DNA from: Nitrosopumilaceae archaeon
Lineage (GTDB): Archaea > Thermoproteota > Nitrososphaeria > Nitrososphaerales > Nitrosopumilaceae
DNA: 64,000 bases
Direction: 5' to 3'
Assembly: GCA_965207375.1 (NCBI GenBank)
Contig: CBDBMG010000002.1
Span: 1 to 64,000 of the forward strand
A program made the position numbers and the translations under genes. How positions within the stretch are numbered: the first letter of the stretch is position 1; each line of letters opens with the position of its first letter. Shown here piece after piece: positions 56,689 to 64,000 of this stretch. The notes beneath the pieces are model-generated. The model was not told the origin of the DNA, did not search any database, and saw nothing but the letters and a program-made list of their open reading frames with translations.

Positions 56689-59232
56689 TCATGTTTGAGG
56701 ATCAGTATTGTTGTCCCTCAGTGGAGCTCTAGATAATGTGTCTGCAGTATAGAGAAGTTTCCCAGGAACATGTTGAATTGAGTAGCTGAATCTCATCAGT
56801 CTCAGACGAAATCTCAATACTCTTGGTGGGAGATTGTCTAGCTGTTTACACCCTAATAGTGGAACTAGTGGTTTGTGGTCAGTCTCAATACTGATATGTT
56901 TTCCCAGAATGTAGGTAGAGAATTTCTCACAAGCCCAAGTGATAGCAAGAGCTTCTTTCTCGATTTGAGTATATCTAGTCTCTGTCTCTGACATTGCTCG
57001 GGAAGCATAAGCCACTGGTCGCCATTCCTGGTTTTTCTGAAAAAGCACAGCACCCAAACCATGAGAGGAGGCATCAGCAGAAATTTTAGTGTCTGCCTGT
57101 GGGTCATACAAGGCCAAAACTGTGTGTGCTGTTAGTTCAGCTTTCACCTTAACAAATGCTTCCTCTTGAGCTGGTCCCCAGTTCCAGGCTCGTTTGGTGC
57201 TGAGCAACTCTCTCATTGCCTTAGACAGATCAGCAATTCGTGGAGAGAATTTCCCCAACTGATTGACCATCCCCATGAAACGTCTCAGTTCAGTTGTAGA
57301 CTTTGGTGAAGCCATTTTGCTAATTGCGGCTGTCTTCTGGGGATCAGGAGAGATGCCTTTCCCATCAATAGTGTGACCTAGGAAAGTTAATGAGGTTTTG
57401 TTAAACTCACATTTGTCTTTGTTAAGGGTAACACCAGCTGCTTGAATTTTCTCCAAGGCTGCAGTCAATCTGGTATCATGTTCCTTCTGGTCTTTCCCAA
57501 AGATCAGGATATCGTCCATCAAACATAGAACCCCTGCTAGACCATCAAGGATTGTGCTCATTCTTTTCTGAAAATGTTCAGGAGCACTTGAAATAACAAA
57601 TGGGAGCTTATTAAAGTAGTAGCGCCCAAAGGGTGTAATAAATGTGGTTAACTCACAGGAATCCTTAGACAGTGGTATCTGCCAGAATCCACTGTTGGCA
57701 TCTAGCTTGCTCATCACAGTGGCTCCAGTTAGTTGTGCTAATGTCTCGTCTACACCAGGTAATGGATGTGTCTCTCTGAGAACACTTTCATTAAGAGGTT
57801 TCAAGTCGACACAAATACGAACATCACCAGACTTTTTGGGAACCACCACCATTCTAGCACACCAGCGGGTTGGCTTGTCGACTTTGGATATCACTCCAAG
57901 CTTCTCCATGCGTATCAACTCCTGCTTAACTTTTACACGGAGTGGTATTGGAACATTTCTCGCAGTATAGAGAGCATAAGGCTTAGCATCTGATTTCAAC
58001 TGGATCTGGTAGTCTCCTTTAAGAGTGCCCAGGCCTTGAAATAGTCTAGGAAAGCTCTTTTGAACATTCCCTGGCTGTATGCTGTCTACCTTAGTGAGGA
58101 GCTGTAGGGCTATGATTGCTGGTAGCCCCAGTAGATTGTTTTTCAGGCCCTCTACGATATAGATAGGCTGCTTGCAGGATCTCCCTTCATAGGTGAGTTG
58201 AACAACCGCTTGACCCAGCACATTTAGTGGTTGATTGTTTGGTCCGCACAAAATTTTGCATGATTTCTCCAGCTTAGTGTTTTTGAGAATATTGTAGGTT
58301 TTGGTAGATATTGCAGTAGCCTCGGCTCCAGTATCAAGCTTGAATAACATCTCCTGGCTATTTATTTTAATTGGAGCTGTCCATGAAGTGCCTTTTATCT
58401 CATGGATGGTGTCAAGGAAGCTGCTGTTTTCCAGCTGCTCTTCTGAGACTGTAGCAACTGCTTTGCTGCGGCATACTAAACTGTAGTGACCCTTTTTATT
58501 GCATTTGTGGCAGATCACCTGTCTGGCGGGACAGCTTTGTTTCAGGTGAGGTCCTTTTCCACAGTATGAGCATTTTTGACCCTGCGGAGGTCGTGGAGTG
58601 GTACCTTGCGATTGTCGGCTGCGGGAATTTCCGGGTCTCTTAGCTGGCTTCCGTGAACTAAAGGTTTGAACAAGAATTACCCCCTCTGGTTTACTCAAGA
58701 TAGCCTGTTGTCCACGTACTGCTTCTTGTTGACGAACCATTCGTTTTACATTCTCAAGAATCAAATTTGGGTCCATCTGCAGCTTTGTAGAGAGTGAAGA
58801 ATCTCGAATTCCGACGACAATTCGGTCTCGAATCAACTGTTCCTTGAGCTCACCAAATTCGCAGTCTGCTGCTAGACTGTATAAGGAAGTAATGAACTGT
58901 TCAGCAGTTTCTGTTTCCCCTTGGGAGCGTTGATTGAACCGAGCTCTTTCAAAAATCACATTTTTCCTGACTTTGAAAAATTCATTGAATTTCTGTAAGA
59001 CATCTGCAAACTTTTTCTGGCTTTCTACAGTAATGTTTGTTGAGGTTAGCACGTCATCGGCTTCTTCTCCAAGGCAGTAGAGCAGAGTGCTTACTTGGCG
59101 CTCGTAATCTTCTTTAGCCAGCCCTGAGGCAATTCGGTATTGCTTGAAACGTCTCTTCCACTTTGGCCACTCGTCGGGCGAGTTGAAAGGGAACGGAGCA
59201 GGAGTCTGCAGTACCGATGCTAGATATGCCAT
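56689..59232 (-). CDS. Gypsy gag-protease-RT-RNase H
   Basis: CCHC knuckles, LDTGA, LDANSGFWQ, LMDD, ADAS, ETDHKPL; likely ATG at 59232. Confidence 0.93.
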   Translation of the reverse strand: MAYLASVLQTPAPFPFNSPDEWPKWKRRFKQYRIASGLAKEDYERQVSTLLYCLGEEADDVLTSTNITVESQKKFADVLQKFNEFFKVRKNVIFERARFNQRSQGETETAEQFITSLYSLAADCEFGELKEQLIRDRIVVGIRDSSLSTKLQMDPNLILENVKRMVRQQEAVRGQQAILSKPEGVILVQTFSSRKPAKRPGNSRSRQSQGTTPRPPQGQKCSYCGKGPHLKQSCPARQVICHKCNKKGHYSLVCRSKAVATVSEEQLENSSFLDTIHEIKGTSWTAPIKINSQEMLFKLDTGAEATAISTKTYNILKNTKLEKSCKILCGPNNQPLNVLGQAVVQLTYEGRSCKQPIYIVEGLKNNLLGLPAIIALQLLTKVDSIQPGNVQKSFPRLFQGLGTLKGDYQIQLKSDAKPYALYTARNVPIPLRVKVKQELIRMEKLGVISKVDKPTRWCARMVVVPKKSGDVRICVDLKPLNESVLRETHPLPGVDETLAQLTGATVMSKLDANSGFWQIPLSKDSCELTTFITPFGRYYFNKLPFVISSAPEHFQKRMSTILDGLAGVLCLMDDILIFGKDQKEHDTRLTAALEKIQAAGVTLNKDKCEFNKTSLTFLGHTIDGKGISPDPQKTAAISKMASPKSTTELRRFMGMVNQLGKFSPRIADLSKAMRELLSTKRAWNWGPAQEEAFVKVKAELTAHTVLALYDPQADTKISADASSHGLGAVLFQKNQEWRPVAYASRAMSETETRYTQIEKEALAITWACEKFSTYILGKHISIETDHKPLVPLLGCKQLDNLPPRVLRFRLRLMRFSYSIQHVPGKLLYTADTLSRAPLRDNNTDPQT

Positions 59233-59784
59233 ATACCACTTCTGACACCATGTAGCGTTTAGGGGATTATTAATAGCAAAGAACAGCAACTGAACACAGG
59301 GTATAACCACACTCTATTTATAGTACAGTGGGAAAACCTATGGCTAGGATGTTTACAAAGGTGACAGTAAGCTTGTTTACAAAAACAAGTGTGTTTACCT
59401 ATTACAATATCACCATAAAACAAAGTGCTAATAAAAGTGTAAATTATAACTAATTCCATACACAATAACAATGTGTGTTACAGGATTCTATTTACTTAGC
59501 TATAGTGTATGCATTATGTCACAATTGGGAATGCAATATTTTTCATGTTGCAGTGATAAATATACTGAAATAAAAATGTGTGATTTGGAACTGTTTTCCA
59601 AAATCCGGTCACATTTAAATAAATCATAAAATAAATAAATCATATATCAGAGCTGTAGCAAGCTGAAATGAAGTGGTATGACCAGGAGGAGAGTGATGAT
59701 GTGTGACCAAAGTGCAGAAAATTCGAATTTCATGAATATAATTTTTGTGAACTAACATTTTGACAAGAAGAGAAGTAAAAGGCT

Positions 59785-60002
59785 TTCAACCAGTAAGCTT
59801 TAATTTCCTTTACATTTGTTTGGAAGAAACAACATACAGTTGTACGGCAAAGTTTTCAATTGTTATGGTTTCATCATTGGAAATGAATAGGTTATGATGC
59901 TACAATAGATGCAGCCTTTTGCTTCTCCTGTTGCAAAGCTTCGCCGTACAACTGTTGTTTCTTTCAAACGAATGTAAAGGAAATTAAAGCTTACTGGTTG
60001 AA
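59785..60002. repeat. Foldback/MITE with ~70-bp inverted arms
   Basis: ttcaaccagtaagctttaatttcctttacatt / aatgtaaaggaaattaaagcttactggttgaa. Confidence 0.85.
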
Positions 60003-60087
60003 GAGGATGACCAGGCAAATCTCGAATATCAGAAGATGAAGTTAACTATGTCTACGTATATCTAGTAAAACTACAAGGTTGATATAA

Positions 60088-60293
60088 TACCATATAGTGT
60101 AATTTTTTGGCAGTGGGAAACTTTGACAAATTGTTGCCAATTTGTCGCAATTTTACTCATCAGTAAAGTGTTCCTGTGTGCTGTTTACAAGGGAAACCTT
60201 GCAAGCTGCTTTACAACTTTATTAACCAATGATTTGAGACTTATAAAACCAGTTTGTCTAATTTTTTAGAACCAAAAATTACGTTATATGGTA
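60088..60293. mobile_element. pogo-type MITE
   Basis: taccatatagtgtaattttt / aaaaattacgttatatggta. Confidence 0.65.
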
Positions 60294-61575
60294 GCTAGCT
60301 GTTGGAGGAATGATTCTAGTGAATTGTGTGCAGTATATTAATCAAAATATTGAGGTTATAGCTTATAAAACTTAAATCTCAGGTTTTCTTGCTAAAACTG
60401 AAACCCACAATTAATAATTTTAGGTGAATGTATAAATACAGTATTTTAAGTGCTGCACTTGTGTTCACTTTTTCGATCAATTTATTTTATTTCTACAAAA
60501 CTTTTTGGAAGGGCTACTGTTACACGGTATGCCCTCACTCTTTACTAGAACTGTATGTGTGTAGGTAATGTTAATCCTTGGATAAGCATGGAGCTACAGC
60601 TGGTTGAAACTAGCTTTGTATTGTTTTTTGTAACGTTCCTTAAATGTGTAGCTTCCTCATGACATTATTGTGTATATTTATATTACAGTGGAAGGAGTTA
60701 ATGTGGACACTTGAAAACAAGGACACCCGCATAATCCACACACTTAGTTGAGGTCCCAAAGTAGCCCTTTAGTACATTAGCTGACCTGGAAAATCAGGAC
60801 ACCTTGATAATCAGGACTTGGTTTTGTCCCAAGATATCTATATTACATACACAGGTTCCAATAAGAATTTAATTTATGTATATAGCATCGATTTGTTCCT
60901 ATAGATGGTAAAGCATCAACTTGTTCCTAAAGCATCACACGTCACATTATACTTATCTAAATCCCTCAATGGTCTTCGCTATAATGCAATATCAGTAAAT
61001 TGTTGTGATCTTCAGTTCATAGTCACAGATCATTGTAAACCATAAAACCCAACCCAGTCAAGGAGCTACTGTCAGTGTTTGATATTTTCAGCTTGAGAGA
61101 CATATCTACTAAGTTGTATTGATTGTTGTCACATGTACAAGTAACCATGGTTACAATACCAACCAAACTAGTAGTTATTTTCATTGAAAGAGATCATTAT
61201 TCTCACTGTTCTAGTGTGTAAGGTGTAGATAGCTACGTACAACAGAGTGGATATCTCTAATGGTAAAATCAAATACTAGCTGTATACTTCACTGGCTTGG
61301 TTTATGTTGTTACAATGCTATGGGCCAGGTTTAAAATAACACCTAATATGTACTAAGGTATTGAGAACGAGTGTATCATCAATAAATAATACAAGTTACG
61401 TTTTAGACCTTTTCAGGGCTTCCAAAAATTTTATTTCTCTAGTAGTTTGTAGTGGAGAGGTCATGAACTTGTCAATGTTTTGGCTGCTCTTTTATACATC
61501 TACATGTGAAATCTGATTGTGGGTTTTAGTATATTAATTGTATTTACAGAAGTTTTATTATTTCTTGCAACAACA

Positions 61576-61725
61576 AGGGCAAAATCTGTAAAGTGTAGAC
61601 CATCATAAAGCTTCTTAATTAGCAACAAATATGTTAATATTTCTTAGAAGCTTGTTTACCAAAAATGCATTCTTATGGCTAATTAAGAAGCCTTATGACG
61701 CTCTATGCTTCACAATTTTGCCCTT
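61576..61725. mobile_element. Small degenerate foldback MITE
   Basis: aagggcaaaa..gcttcttaattagc / gctaattaagaagc..ttttgccctt. Confidence 0.55.
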
Positions 61726-62115
61726 AAGGAGTAATAATATCTGTATACAACATTCACTAGACACTATATAGCTATCATTAAATTTAAACCATTGACATCG
61801 AAAATTATTCAGTAACTTTCAAGTAGTACTAAAAGTGTTTTTAACCCATTGCATATACATAACTACTATAACAGGCACAATATATATGTAGCTACATAGC
61901 TATGTATGTACATATGCATATAAGGTCAACTACTTCTTAAAGTATTTAATTATTTGTCCATGTGCTTATTTAGAACTCTAGGCAGTAGTTAACTTACATA
62001 ACTTTCATCTTAAGTATGTACCAATTTTTAGATAGTTTAATTATCACCTTGTTCTGATTTGTAAATACAATTTTAGATACGTATGTACATATAATGTATG
62101 TATTTCTGTCTTTAG

Positions 62116-62460
62116 GAGCTGCATCATTTGTTCATGTCAAAGGCTGATCTTAAACACAGTCTTCTCCAGCAGATCGACTCATTTGTTGCCTCCACTGCCA
62201 CCACTATTGCAACATACATCAACCCCGCTAATACTCAATCGAAAATTGTAGCAGATTTGTGCTGTAAAAAGAACGAGATACAAGAGGGTTGGTTAGTGGT
62301 AGTCGAACAGTTGACAATATTATGTGATGAAAGAACGTTAAGCACTCAAGTGATACGCCAGTGTGAGAAAGAGACCGGAATGATCATAGAAGGTGCTGAC
62401 TCACTTTCATCCGTTGGGGTTGATCTTACCGATGTGAAAAAGAAACACACAGCATGTCAA
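62116..62460 (+). CDS. Host exon, helical, spectrin-repeat-like
   Basis: Pyrimidine tract tttctgtctttag acceptor, GTATGT donor, 345-nt phase-0 open frame; ends SVGVDLTDVKKKH. Confidence 0.6.
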
Positions 62461-63629
62461 GTATGTTATTTACGTATTTACTGTTTTATTATTACAAAGT
62501 GCATATAAATTATATACTGCAATTTATATCTATGTTTTCTTTCATTCCATGTGCTGTAGCTACGTAAGTGTTTGTGATTACCTGCTGTTTTTACTTAGTG
62601 TATTGCTTTTAATGATATAGTGGCTACATGCAGTGTACGTACTTTCTTTTATTATTTGACCTTATTACTAGGGCTGTGCAATAATGGAAAAACCTATATC
62701 TCCATAATGCTGATAATATATTACAAAATTATCTCGATAACGATAGTTATCACGATAAAATTATGATAGGGTATTATGCATATATTTTAGATTTTTGTAT
62801 ATGATATTGATACATAATTACATACACTAGAATTCATTACAATCGATTGTGGGTTTCTATTAAGAGAACAAAACTACCAAGACTTAATTTTCAATATCCT
62901 CATTATACCTTCTACGGAATCATGATGATAGCAAAGTTTTGGTCTCTTTATGCTCACCACATTTAGCTACATTGTAAAGTATCGCACTCTGCAAAGGAGG
63001 ATCAATAGTTTTGGCTTCCACAAAGCGACAATCGCATCATGGCTAAGCACGACTACCTACTGGCCAATCCGAAGGCAAGGGAGTGCAAACTTGCAGCAAG
63101 GTATGTTGAGTGTACTCACAAGGCGAGTGCAAGATTCACGCGAGTTTCTTGCAAGTAAAACGTTTGTACCCGTTACCTTGTAGCTAAGGTGTACTGCAGT
63201 TATAATACAATCAGTATACAATCAGTAGGACTATGTACGTACATATGTACTACACACATACGTAGTAATAAGTAGGGCTGTGTGATAAGTTAGATAAATC
63301 GATTATCGAGATAGTAAGTTCAAATTACCGGATACTATTGTATACGTACTACACAAAACACACAAATACATTTGTACACAGGAATTTCAGAATTGCTAGG
63401 AGATTATTATTATTATTATTTAGCTAATACTTATACGTATGTACATGTAATTACTTTGATTATTTTGTTATTGTTATTGATATTGTTGTTTACATACTAA
63501 GATTAAGCGCAATCTTTGTTTGTCCAAATGTTCGCACTACTCTATGGAACATAACATGTTGGCATACTTTGTTATATTGTTGGCATACTTTGTTAAATAG
63601 CTAATTATGATTTATACAAGGATTAATAC

Positions 63630-64000
63630 ACTGTCCTGTTAACATGCACAAAAATTTTATTTATATTGTCTTCTCCTGTAGATCAATCAACAGTACTAGT
63701 AGAGGATGGCAATGATGTAGCCTACATTGAAGTTCACAACTGTTCTCCACCTATATAGCTAACAATTATAGTAATAACACATACTTTATATGCTCATTAG
63801 CTACTTGGGGGAAATACAAGGGAAACACCCAAAGTATTAACTTGCACCTCTCCCCTATAAAATTTTATTACTCTGCATACTTTATTTAAGGTTTCTTGTC
63901 AGGACTTGTTTATAATTGTAATCTGTTTACAAAAAGCAGTGATATGCTAAACAAAAACAGCCTGGCTGTAAAAAATTGCGAGGTTAATCAGAAGCCACAA
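63630..64000 (+). mobile_element. Family A copy 3 (5'-truncated; palindrome runs off the window end)
   Basis: Matches ~45403-45789, including gatatgctaaacaaaaacagcctggctg. Confidence 0.9.

Larger units (their letters stand above)
53357..59523 (-). mobile_element. Full-length Gypsy/Ty3 LTR retrotransposon
   Basis: 273-bp TG..CA LTRs (59251-59523; 53357-55408 interrupted), about 6 differences; TSD ATTGG; PBS TGGTGTCAGAAGTGG (tRNA-Leu type); PPT AGGAGGGAGA. Confidence 0.97.
53202..59612. mobile_element. Sola1-like MITE split by a Gypsy insertion
   Basis: ATTT|gtgaccgattttggaaaacagtt.caaatcacaca ... tgtgtgatttggaactgttttccaaaatccggtcac|ATTT. Confidence 0.85.

Overview
This is AT-rich eukaryotic (metazoan) genomic DNA. 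Short GT-AG introns and an O-fucosyltransferase-like fragment suggest a demosponge (inference only). The window is a dense nest of mobile DNA. Retroelements: a BEL/Pao integrase remnant, a near-complete DIRS/PAT-type tyrosine-recombinase retroelement, a Ngaro-like fragment, a CRE-type LINE fragment and two Gypsy elements. DNA elements: a MULE with long TIRs, a pogo transposase, Helitron/Helentron RepHel fragments and many MITEs (hAT, Sola1-like, pogo-like). Host-type sequence is limited to six in-phase TPR-like exons, a decayed RecQ/BLM gene and isolated exons. The most striking signal is two sequence-unrelated families of ~1.4-1.65 kb non-coding elements with one shared architecture: 5'-TC, short hairpin, 10-bp subterminal IR, body, then a 340-410 bp terminal palindrome ending in TAG-3'. 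There is no TSD at the one site where the empty allele can be reconstructed. Each copy's palindrome arms share private mutations, and in one family the 25-nt loop occurs in both orientations (flip/flop). A second highlight is an in-frame splice that would express the DIRS recombinase by removing gag-pol as a 3.7-kb intron. No rRNA, tRNA or CRISPR was recognised. All calls are by eye, without database searches.
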